From the NCBI RefSeq assembly GCF_030684315.1, contig NC_081378.1:45922307-45986306 (forward strand): a DNA stretch of 64,000 bases, written 5' to 3'. The notes beneath the pieces were generated by a model, which saw only the letters and a program-made list of their open reading frames with translations, was not told where the DNA came from and did no database searches. The position numbers and the translations under genes were made by a program. Origin of the DNA: Stegostoma tigrinum (Eukaryota). Within the stretch, counting starts at the first letter, position 1. Every line of letters starts with the position of its first letter. Of this stretch, positions 52,484 to 62,814 are shown in pieces.

Positions 52484-53539
52484 TGTTATAAAGTGGACAT
52501 TGACCCCCTCTAAGGAAAAGGAGTGTGAAAAGTGATGTAACCTGGAATACAACAATTTCTAGTGGTCAAACAAAATAATTCCCTGACACTCACTTTAAAA
52601 CAACAGTTTATTTATCTAGCTCTAACAGTGGATAAATTCACTAAACTAATAACAAATTGAATAAATCCCTTCTAACTATTAACTATTCCTGAACAAAACA
52701 ATATTATAATGGTATGCTGTTCTAATAAATAAAAGTCCCACTTATTTAAATTTTAAAAAAACATCGAATTTGGCCTGCTGAAATTACAGTCAGGTTATAT
52801 GTCTTCCGGAACGTTCTGTGCCTTCTCCATCGAATGGTCTGTCAGGAATGCATCCTTATACAAATGTTTTGCCAGGAATGTTTTCTCCATTGGTTCTTCT
52901 GTCAGGAAAATTAACTAGTTGTGCCGTAGGTACCTTTGATTTAGGTAACAAAGTGTGTAGCTGGATGAACACTGCAGGCCAAGCAGCATCTCGGGAGCAC
53001 AAAAGCTGACGTTTTGGGCCTAGACCCTTCGGTGCTTTCTCTAAAACTTAGAGAAGACTGTGAGAGCTGGCAATTCTGTCTTCAGAGCTGCTAACTCTGG
53101 CAGATGGAAGTTAATTCTCCTGTCTTTGTCCAACTGCACTCTTCTTTTATACCCTTGATGACATATCAATTTCTTGCAATAGAATTGGCCCTGTGTTGTC
53201 AAAACCATCAGATTTAAATTTAACTGGTTTTTGGTATCTAAGTGCCTGGTTCAAATTGATTGGCTAAATTCAAAACTTGTTGTCTTGACAACAAAACAAA
53301 ACTGCTACTTGACCTGCTAACTGTATGACCTTTTGATGCAAAGGTTTCAATTCAGATGCTCTCTGAGTACTTGCAAACTTTCAAGCTGCTCACAGATGCC
53401 CATTTAAAATCTCTAAGCATGGAAAAAGCACATCATCTTTTAAAGGGGCCGTGCACTGCTTTCCAGCCTAACATTTTACAAACACCAAATTCTAATTTCC
53501 TGCCTCCAATCCACAAATCTTCTACCAAATTTTGCAACA
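52484..53539 (-). repeat. 5' LTR
   Basis: TG...CA termini; followed by a degenerate tRNA-Pro-like PBS (ggggctcgtgtctggga, ~52462-52478); contains a Penelope-derived insert at ~52946-53030. Confidence 0.85.
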
Positions 53540-55102
53540 TAACCTAGGAAGTTACAGAGAGTATTAAGTTGTTAGAAAAAGCATATAAGGAGGTCAAAGT
53601 CAGTGATGGCCTTGAAGACTGGGATAAATTCAGAAACCAGCAAAGGAGGCCTAAAAAGATAATAAAAACAGAGAATATTTTCTGTGAATATCATTTAGTG
53701 AGAAATATAAAAATTGACAATAAGAGCTTCTTTAAATATATAAAAAGGAAGAGAGAGGTCAAAGTGAACATTGGCCCCTTGGAAAATGAATATGTGGAGA
53801 TGGTTTTGGGGAATAAGGAAATGACAGAGCAATTAAACAGATATCTTGCATCTGTCTTTACACTGGGAGATACTTTGAACACTAAAAAGTATGGGGGAGG
53901 AACTAAATTGTTTAACCTCTCTAAAGAAATAGTATTAGAGGAACTAATAGGCCTTAAGGCAGATAGATCCCCTGACCCTAATGTTTTGTATCCTAGGATT
54001 CTAAAAGAGCCAGCTACAGAGAGAGTAGAATGATTGCATGTTCCAAAAAATCATTTGATTCTGGGGAAATACTGTAGAATTGGAAAATTGCCAAGGTGAC
54101 ACACCTATTCAAAGAGGGAGGGAGACAAAAATGGAGTAATTATAGATCAATTAGTCTAATATCTATTGTTGGGAAAGTATTGGATCAATTGCGAAAGAAA
54201 TAACTGCAGAACATATGAAAAATCAAAACTAATCAGAGTCAGCAAGGCTTCATGAAAGGTAAATGGAGTCTGACAAATTTATTACAGATTTTCAATGAAA
54301 ACTCAAACAAAGTGGATAGAGGGGAACAAATTGACGTGTTGCATTTGGACTTCCAGAAGATATTTGACAAGGTATCTCACAAAAGGTTAAATCATATGAT
54401 AATGGCCCACGGTGTTGGAGGTGGCATATTGGAATGGTTAGAGAATTGGCAAATGGACAGGAAACAATGAGTGGAGATAAGGTGTTCCAGAGGAGGTCCA
54501 CAGGTTTCAGTTCTGGGACCATAACTGTTTGTAATATATACTAATGACTTGGAGAAGGGAAGTGAAAGTAATGTAGCCAAATTTGTGGAAGACACAAAAA
54601 AAGGTGCAAAAGTAGGTTGTGAGAGGGATGAAACAGTTTGAAGAGACATTGATAGGTTAAGTAAGTGGGAAAAATGTTGGCTTATGAAAATATTTGTGGG
54701 AAATGCAAAGTTGTTGAATTGGAAGGGAGAACAAAAGAACAGAATATGACTAAAATGGAGAAAAACTGCAGAAAGCCAGAACAAAAAGGGACTTGGGGAA
54801 ACTTGTACATGAAATACAGAAAGCTAGTATAGAGGTGCAGGAGGTAATCAGGAAGGCTAAGGGAATGTTGGTCCTTACTTCAAGGGCTTTGGAGTGTGAA
54901 AGTTGGGAAGTCTTACTGCAACTGCACAAGGTGCTGGTGGGCCACATTTGGAGCACTGTGAGCAATTTTGATCCCTTTATTTGAGGAAAGGTATCATTTC
55001 ATTGGAGGCAGTTCTGAGAAGTTTCATTAGGCTGATTCCTGGTATAGCGGGATTGTCTTGTGAGTAAAGATTAAACAGGTAGGGACTCTATTCACTGGAG
55101 AA

Positions 55103-55729
55103 TAAGACCATAAGACGTAGGAGTGGAAGTAAGGCCATTCGGCCCATCAAGTCCACTCCGCCATTTAAATCATGGCTGATGGGCATTTCAACTCCACTTC
55201 CCTGCACTCTCCCCGTAGCCCTTGATTCCTTTTGAGATCAAGAATTTGTCGATCTCTGCCTTGAAGGCATCCGACGTCCCGGCCTCCACTGCACTCCATG
55301 GCAATGAATTCCACAAGCCCACCAATCTCTGGCTGAAGAAATGTCGTCTCATTTCAGTTTTAAATTTACCCCTTCTAATTTTAAGGCTGTGCCCACGGGT
55401 CCTAGTCTCCCTGCCTAACGGAGACAACTTCCTAGCGTCCACCCCTTCTAAGCCATATGTCATCTTGTAAGTTTCTGTTAGATCTTCCCCCAACCTTCTA
55501 AACTCTAATGAGTACAATCCCAGGATCCTTAGCCGTTCATCATACATTAAACCTACCATCCCAGGGATCATCCGTGTGAATCTCCGCTGGACACGCTCCA
55601 GGGCTAGTATGTCCTTCCTGAGGTGTGGGGCCCAAAATTGGACACAGTATTCTAAATGGGGCCTAACTAGAGCCTTATAAAGCCTCAGAAGCACATCGCT
55701 GCTTTTATATTCCAAACCTCTTGAGATAA
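55103..55729 (-). mobile_element. Young CR1 3' fragment inserted antisense in the older CR1
   Basis: Open frame ISRGLEYKS...RPHLEYCVQFW...FKAEIDKFL; tail gtcttatggtcttat. Confidence 0.85.
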
Positions 55730-56020
55730 ACAACATGAGAGGTGATCTGATTGAAACACACAGGATTCTTAAGGGGCTTGACTGTGTAAACGCTGAGAAG
55801 ATGTTTCCCCTCATAGGGGAGTCTATGGCCAGAAGGTATAATTTTGGAATCAAGGACCATCAATTTAAGACTGGGTTGAGGAGGGATTTCTTCACTCAGT
55901 GGGTTGAGTCCTAGCAATCCCTTGCCACAGAGAGCTGTGGGGGTGGAGTCCTGATGTATATTTAAGGCTGATTCTTGATCAGTTGAGAATGCAAGGGCAG
56001 GAAAGTGATCCTGAGGAATG

Positions 56021-57137
56021 GAGAGAGATAATGGGAACTGCAGATGCTGGAGATTCCAAGATAATAAAATGTGAGGCTGGATGAACACAGCAGGCCAAGC
56101 AGCATCTCAGGAGCACAAAAGCTGACGTTTCGGGCCTAGACCCTTCATCAGAGAGGGGGATGGGGGGAGGGAACTGGGAGCTTTTGTGCTCCTGAGATGC
56201 TGCTTGGCCTGCTGTGTTCATCCAGCCTCACATTTTATTATCTTGGAATCTCCAGCATCTGCAGTTCCCATTATCTCTGATACTATTTTAACCTCACTGC
56301 GAAGCCTCTTCCAGGGATGCCTAACCTGAAGAAGTTACCCTCCTCCCTCCGGACCAACCTCAGGGAATCTCTCTCCCATTGGCTCTCCATCTTCGGTCCG
56401 CCTCCCCCTCTCTCCCTATTTATTCCAGTTCCCTCCCCCCATCCCCCTCTCTGATGAAGGGTCTAGGCCCGAAACGTCAGCTTTTGTGCTCCTGAGATGC
56501 TGCTTGGCCTGCTGTGTTCATCCAGCCTCACATTTTATTATCTTGGAATCTCCAGCATCTGCAGTTCCCATTATCTCTGATACTATTTTAACCTCACTGC
56601 GAAGCCTCTTCCAGGGATGCCTAACCTGAAGAAGTTACCCTCCTCCCTCCGGACCAACCTCAGGGAATCTCTCTCCCATTGGCTCTCCATCTTCGGTCCG
56701 CCTCCCCCTCTCTCCCTATTTATTCCAGTTCCCTCCCCCCATCCCCCTCTCTGATGAAGGGTCTAGGCCCGAAACGTCAGCTTTTGTGCTCCTGAGATGC
56801 TGCTTGGCCTGCTGTGTTCATCCAGCCTCACATTTTATTATCTTGGAATCTCCAGCATCTGCAGTTCCCATTATCTCTGATACTATTTTAACCTCACTGC
56901 GAAGCCTCTTCCAGGGATGCCTAACCTGAAGAAGTTACCCTCCTCCCTCCGGACCAACCTCAGGGAATCTCTCTCCCATTGGCTCTCCATCTTCGGTCCG
57001 CCTCCCCCTCTCTCCCTATTTATTCCAGTTCCCTCCCCCCATCCCCCTCTCTGATGAAGGGTCTAGGCCCGAAACGTCAGCTTTTGTGCTCCTGAGATGC
57101 TGCTTGGCCTGCTGTGTTCATCCAGCCTCACATTTTA
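56021..57137 (+). mobile_element. Penelope-derived hammerhead-containing tandem element (retrozyme-like)
   Basis: Inverted segment 56021-56178, then 3.2 identical 300-bp units; TGATCCTGAGGAATG duplicated at 56006 and 57138. Confidence 0.8.
56449..56480 (+). ncRNA. Minimal type I hammerhead ribozyme motif, unit 1; identical at 56749 and 57049, antisense copy at 56122-56153
   Basis: ct-CTGATGA-A-gggt(ctag)gccc-GAAAC-GTC-ag. Confidence 0.6.
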
Positions 57138-57399
57138 TGATCCTGAGGAATGTCAGATCAGCAATGGTCCTACTGAATGGTGGAGCAGGTCAGAGAAGCC
57201 AAACAGCCTTCTTCTGTTCCTATTTCTTACAGTCTTATGATTCTGCACCATTGTCAATTTTGTTTTCTCTCTCTCTTTCCAGTGGGCTTGCACTCTCTGT
57301 TCTTGCTGTCTCTGCTGCTGGAGATACCTGGCACTGACAGCATCCCTCTCTGAGCAGACTGGTTAGAAAATATCTTTGAAGTTGAGGATTGCAGTGCTG

Positions 57400-57664
57400 A
57401 CATTGCAAGTGTTGGTGGGTGGGCGGGGGGTCTGACCCTGGCGAGTCACTGGCGTCCATCCCCGCCCCCCCTTACCTGCAGGTAGCTCCGCGGGGCTCTG
57501 TCAGTGCCTCCAACTCGTCCAATCACCGAGACTGACATGTGGCCGCTGTAGCTCTACCCGTCCTGCCAGAGGGACCTGTCGGAGAGCATTTAAAGAGGCA
57601 AGGACCAGAGAATAGCATCACACACTCTCTCTCCGCCTGCAAAGTGAACATTGACGAACAGGAG
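57400..57664 (+). promoter_or_regulatory. SPX proximal promoter and 5' UTR
   Basis: Locally CpG-rich; GC boxes at ~57421 and 57461, CCAAT at 57519, TATA-like TTTAAA at ~57588, upstream of ATG 57665. Confidence 0.55.
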
Positions 57665-57670
57665 ATGAAG
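57665..57670 (+). CDS. SPX: Spexin precursor exon 1 coding part (MK)
   Basis: gagATGAAG|GTgaga; the two-codon first exon splices in frame to the signal-peptide exon. Confidence 0.85.
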
Positions 57671-57980
57671 GTGAGAGAGATTTGCTCCGTGGTCCTGCTT
57701 GCTTCACCGTACTGTATAGATAACAGACTGATTTAAACAGGAAGGAATCTTTCAATATCCAGCACAGGCAGGTTCTGAAGGGGTCTGTTTCTTCGGACTT
57801 GCTTCAAAACAAGCGCCACTCTGGGTTCAGTCTTGACTGTAGAAGTTTATTCGGACGGTGAAAGCAAAAAAAGACACGTTCCTTTTTTTTGTTTATTATG
57901 ACAATTAATTTTTGACAGAGCGGCACAGTGAAAAGTTGCCCCGGATATTCACTGAGCTATTCCCTCTCTTTCTTGTGCAG

Positions 57981-58061
57981 GGTCTGGGGGCTGTCACCGC
58001 TCACACTCTCCTGCTGCTGCTTCTAACTTCATTCACGGTGCAGACCCGGGGCGCTCCGCAG
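57981..58061 (+). CDS. SPX: SPX exon 2 (signal peptide)
   Basis: Polypyrimidine tract plus AG, 81 nt, GT donor; GLGAVTAHTLLLLLLTSFTVQTRGAPQ. Confidence 0.93.
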
Positions 58062-58185
58062 GTACCCACGCCAACTTGTTCTAGGCGCGCCTTTCCTCTC
58101 AGCTCGTTTATCGTGTTCACGCTTCGTCTTCCAGACTCTTTTGAAAACAAACCCCCTGACCAGTTGATGCTTCTTGTTTGTGTAG

Positions 58186-58243
58186 GTTCGCTTTCAGAGA
58201 CGTAATTGGACACCGCAGGCAATGCTGTATTTGAAAGGAGCAC
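58186..58243 (+). CDS. SPX: SPX exon 3 (most of the mature peptide)
   Basis: tgtgtAG / GTaagt; 58 nt; VRFQRR-NWTPQAMLYLKGA. Confidence 0.97.
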
Positions 58244-59040
58244 GTAAGTGAACTCTGAATTGAACTGCTCTCTTTACAATACGGCTCCCAGTCAGATCCA
58301 TGGTCTGTACAGTAATTGTTTCTCAAATACTTGTTTCAACTCGTTTTAAACCTTTGCGTTTTGCTTATACCTCATTTCTAAACAAAGGACAGGCGAGTGC
58401 AGAAACAAGCTGGTGACAATCCACAGATAATGCCTGCCCTGCTGAGTTTTCCCAGCATTTCCAACACCCGCATTTCTTTCGTTATAAGAAAACGCTGATA
58501 AAGAGCCGTACTGAATTCGAGGCGCTAACTGCTTTTCTCCCCCCTCTCTCCCTACCGATGCTGCCAGATCTGCCGAGTTTCTCCAGCGCTTTCCGTTTTC
58601 TGTTTGTGATAAGCTAAATGAGAGCTGGAACCGTATCATTTTAATGGCTGCCCAGAGATTGCAGAATTCTTATGTCTCATGGATTATTATTATTTATCAT
58701 ATCAATCACTAATATCAGTTTTGTATTACTATTGCATAACTGTGTACATAAATCACAAGGGTTTAAAACTAATTGTTTTGGTGTTTTTTTTAAATTCAAT
58801 AATAGCATCTGAAGTAACTAGAATAGCAGTTCCCACGATAAACTGATGGATTGAAATGATGCTGATAGAAGCTTTCCATAATGTTGACTTCTATCCTTCC
58901 ATTCGTTAATATGCAATAAATCCTTACTGACTTCTCAAAATAAACTATTTCAGGCCTGTTTAGTTTTATACCATGTGGAGGGCAAATGGAATGCCCCCTC
59001 AACTTACAAAACACTGACCGAGCTTGAGGAGAACTGAGTT

Positions 59041-59231
59041 TACAAAGTGTGGAGCTGGACGAACACAGCAGGCCAAGCAGCATCTCAGGAGCACAAAAGC
59101 TGACGTTTCAGGGGTCTAGGCGTGAAAAAAACAGCTTTTGTGCTCCTAAGATGCTGCTTGGCCTGCTGTGTTCATCCAGCTCCACACTTTGTTATCTTGG
59201 ATTCTCCAGCATCTGCAGTTCCCATTATCTC
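59041..59231. repeat. Palindromic family A insert in SPX intron 3
   Basis: Inverted arms; GGAGAACTGAGTT at 59028 and 59232. Confidence 0.8.
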
Positions 59232-59719
59232 GGAGAACTGAGTTAACTGGGTTTGGACGGTCCGGGAAGCCGAGAGGCACAATTTAAAACCCATTTGCTC
59301 CGCTCTTGCCTGAATACAGCTGGAGACCGTGGGGGTTAAAATTTTCCCATTTCCAATGAACCATGTGGGCTCGAAACGTTAGTTTGAGCCCTCTCCACGG
59401 ATGCTGTCTAACCCGCTGTGAAGAAGGGTCTCGGCCCGAAACGTCAACTTCCCTGCTCCTCTGATACTGCGTGGCCTGCGGTGTTCAGCCAGCTCCGTGT
59501 TATCTGTGATTTACAACGTATTTCTTTTCTTTGCTTTCAGTTCAGATTCCAGTATCTGCAGTAACTTGCTCCTAAACTCACGGTTAGCAGAACATTTCAC
59601 AAGTCACAGAATGAAAGGCTGCCGGTAAAATGTACAAAGTCAAAACGGGCAGGATTATGAGACTTCTACACGTTTGAGAAAATAGTATTTCAAATATCCC
59701 TTCACAATTCTCATTACAG

Positions 59720-59782
59720 AGGGACGTCGGTTCATTGCGGATGGTGGTAACGATGGGGACCTCTTTGAAAAAATAGATATTG
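59720..59782 (+). CDS. SPX: SPX exon 4
   Basis: cattacAG / GTaaga; 63 nt; Q-GRR amidation/cleavage site then FIADGGNDGDLFEKIDI. Confidence 0.95.
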
Positions 59783-59935
59783 GTAAGAGATAGAATTGGA
59801 TACATAATCGGCGAGAAATGTCTAAATATCTTAACCGCGCCCCTATACTTCTCAAACTAGTATTGGTATGACGTGGGTTATTTTCAGTCCTGCATTCCAT
59901 TGTACAGATATAATCATTCTCTTGTCTATTGGCAG

Positions 59936-60022
59936 AAACCAGAAGCCAAAACACCAACCCATTAACTCTATCAGAAGCAACAGCGATACTACTGGCTTCC
60001 ATCAGACAGGCACAGCTAGAAG
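59936..60022 (+). CDS. SPX: SPX exon 5
   Basis: ttggcAG acceptor; ETRSQNTNPLTLSEATAILLASIRQAQLE resembles the prospexin C-terminal region; ends at AAG|GCaagt (GC donor). Confidence 0.9.
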
Positions 60023-60259
60023 GCAAGTGTTTTTTTTATTTGCAGATAACCAAATGTTTGTTGTTCACTGGGGCATGTAGACTTACAAACCTGCAACATA
60101 CCAACAGAAGGGGTTGGGAAGACCAGTGGTTACTCATTTGCTCGTCTCACCTACAGTGCTCCACAAACCTGCAGTAATGTTAACTCCTGAACAGTTCAGA
60201 TTCTATTTAACTACCTTCCAAATCATTGTAAGGTCGCTTCAACAGCTGCAAGGAAATCT

Positions 60260-60501
60260 GTAAAAACCAAAAGAAAACTGCAGGTGCTGTAAATCAGGAA
60301 CAGCAACAAAGCTGCTGGAAAAGCTCAGCAGGTCTGGCAGCATCTGTGAAGGAGAAAACAGAGTTAATATTTTGGGTCTGGTGACCCTTCCGCAGAACCA
60401 GTTCTGAGGAAGGGTCACCAGACCTGAAACGTTAACTCTGTTTTCTCCTTCGTAGATGCTGCCCGACCTACTGAGATTTTCCAGCAACTTTGTTTTTGTT
60501 G
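60260..60501. repeat. Palindromic family B insert in SPX intron 5 with a hammerhead motif
   Basis: agtt-CTGAGGA-A-gggtc(acca)gacct-GAAAC-GTT-aact at ~60400-60437; TGCAAGGAAATCT at 60247 and 60502. Confidence 0.8.
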
Positions 60502-60879
60502 TGCAAGGAAATCTATTTCTTAAGTGAATCTAGTATTTTGCTTTTTCCAAGCGGAATTTAGTTAGAGTTGTTATCATGTTCAGTATGAAGGGGTAAAGTT
60601 TGTGCAAGGGATTCTAGATTATATTAGAAACTTACTGTTCACTTAATGTACGTGTCGATCCCCGCGGAGCTTAATTAGGTCCTTTTGAGATTTCACGTCA
60701 GATGGAAATAGATCACAGGACTACCTCAGCCAAAGATTCATTTAGGGCTGAATAAAGCAATACAGTACACCCATGATACCATATCCCAGATAAAGAAGAA
60801 TTTGAAGTCTTGTGAAAGTTCTAAAGGGTGGGAACCATAGATCTACCCTGAACTCCTTTCAAATGGGGGTCTATGCTTG

Positions 60880-61158
60880 TAGGCATGGTGACTCAATGGT
60901 TAGCACTGCTACCTCACAGTGCCAGGGATTCCAGCCTTGGGCAACTGTCTGTGTGGAGTTTGCATGTTCTCCCTTTGTCTGAGTGGCTTTTCTCCAGGTG
61001 CTCTGGATTCCTCCCACAGTCCAGAAGATGTGCAGGGTAGATGGATTGGCCATGCTAAATTGCCCATAGTGTCTAGGGTGGGAAATGTAAGCACAGTGGA
61101 GGGCCAGTATGGACTTGATGGGCTGAATGGTCTGCTTCCACACTAGGGATTCTATGAA
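60880..61158 (+). mobile_element. V-SINE (HE1-like)
   Basis: Same family as 11600-11927. Confidence 0.8.
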
Positions 61159-61459
61159 ATGAGAGGATTTGCTCAATTTTAATTTAAATATGGCAGCTCA
61201 TACTGAGAAATTTGTTTCACTTTTGTCAAGAATCCTCTATTATCCCACCCTCCCAAATTAAAAGAATATGTGAACTGAGTAGGTGAATATTGTCAGACTC
61301 TTTGATGACAGTAGGCATCACTGCAAAGCTTAATTCATGTCTTTGTTAACATATTTATGGAGTTAGAAAGCATCAGAGCTCATATGCCTCTACTAATACT
61401 TACTTTCCCCCCTATTCACTTCCATTCAAGACAGACTGTTCCACATTTAGGGATTCTAT

Positions 61460-61750
61460 GAAAACAGGCCCAACAGATCCACACTGACCATTGGAGCATT
61501 CCACTCAGACCCATCCCCCTATAACCCACTTAATCTACACATCCCTGAACACTATAGGCAATTTAGCATGGCCAATCCACCTACCCTGCACATCTTCGGA
61601 CTGTGGGAGGAAACTGGAGCACCCGGAGGAAACACACACAGACATGGGGAGAATGTGCAAACTCCACACAGACAGCTGCCCAAGGGCGGAATTGAACCTG
61701 GATCCCTCATGCTGTGAGGCTGCAGTGCTAACCATTGAGCCACCGTGCTG
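61460..61750 (-). mobile_element. V-SINE (HE1-like)
   Basis: Reverse complement of the same family. Confidence 0.8.
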
Positions 61751-62594
61751 TCTCCTGTTGCATGTTCATCACAAACAAGAACTAAACTTGACATTTTCCT
61801 GGTTAGTAAGTCAGGCATGACACCAATCACTCACTGAGACATTAGGAAATTTGTACACAATTACATAATTAAAAGACCACATGGTAGGGTTTGAGAGAGA
61901 GCAGGGGAGTGCTGTTATGTCACACCAGCTCAGCAAAGTACATTAACTGCTTATGGATGTCATTTGCTGTTTTGTGGGTCCTTCTCATATAGTCATTGGC
62001 TGCTTCACTTTCCTCCCAAAATATTGATGGACTTCAACATTCATTCATTGGTTGTGAGCTGGTTTGGGACAGAGGGGTGTTACATCAATTCAAATTCATT
62101 TATGGTCATCCTTGATTTAGAAAATCTGAAGTCTGTCTGACCTGAAGGTGGGTTGTCAAGTAGCACCAGTGAACTGCTTAAGAGTCAGTATGAGGCACAT
62201 TTATACTCCTTGGTAGGTTAGTTGCCTTCTTTGTGTCTGCTGCCAAATAAATTGCAAGATGCGGGAATAGTTCTAAAGGAGTGAAGCATCTGCACATGTT
62301 ACATTTTAGTTCAAAATTGTTCAGCTATTTTATGATGTCACTGAAACAGGTGGGATTTGAACTCATGGCTCCTGGCCCAGATATGGGGTGTGTTACCTCT
62401 TCAGCACAACAGGTCTCACCACAAACCTTACATTTTCAAAACTTTAACCTATTTTTCTAATCAACCTGTTCAGATGTGTTCTGACAAGCCTCAAGAGCAG
62501 CTGGGATTTAAACCTGGCACTCCCAGGCCAGGTACTGACGCTACCACTGCATGACAAAAGTCTCCTCTGCAAACCTGAAACACTTGTTTAAAGA

Positions 62595-62814
62595 GATAAT
62601 GGGAACTGCAGATGCTGGAGAATCCAAGATAACAAAGTGGGGAGCTGGATGAACACAGCAGGCCCAGCAGCATCTCAGGAGTACAAAAGCTGACGTTTCG
62701 GGCCTAGACCCTTCATCAGAGCTCGGGGGTCTAGGCCCGAAACGTCAGCTTTTGTGCTCCTGAGATGCTGCTGGGCCTGCTGTGTTCATCCAGCCTCACA
62801 TTTTATTATCTTAT
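62595..62814. repeat. Palindromic family A insert in SPX intron 5 with a hammerhead motif on the minus strand
   Basis: gagct-CTGATGA-A-gggtctaggccc-GAAAC-GTC-agctt (62687-62724, minus); ACACTTGTTTAAAGA at 62580 and 62815. Confidence 0.8.

Larger units (their letters stand above)
46686..53539 (-). mobile_element. Decayed full-length Ty3/Gypsy LTR retrotransposon, Gmr1-like domain order
   Basis: ~1-kb direct LTRs; gag coiled coil (~51830-52268), zinc-knuckle remnant (~51050-51095), protease region, H2C2 integrase (49896-50186), RT (~48500-49000), RNase H (DASDVGVG, DHKPL; 47914-48340). Confidence 0.9.
46130..57243 (+). mobile_element. Old long CR1 LINE split into 46130-46685, 53540-55102, 55727-56020 and 57153-57243
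   Basis: Endonuclease-end remnants, then the PWLT junction, RT remnants (ORFs at 53569, 54252, 54793) and 3' UTR, all collinear. Confidence 0.8.

Noticed and set aside
55188-55853. 221-aa ORF as a gene
   Set aside because: It is a chimera: the first ~40 codons are the antisense of the host CR1 and the rest is an inserted CR1 ORF2 tail.
56326-56340. Second hammerhead core (CTGAAGA) within the 300-bp unit
   Set aside because: No stem II and no GAAA downstream.
56179-57138. CRISPR-like array
   Set aside because: Units are entirely identical with no unique spacers, there are no cas genes, and the context is eukaryotic.
60790-60814. SPX last exon DKEEFEVL*
   Set aside because: Poor polypyrimidine tract; 63874-63944 fits better.
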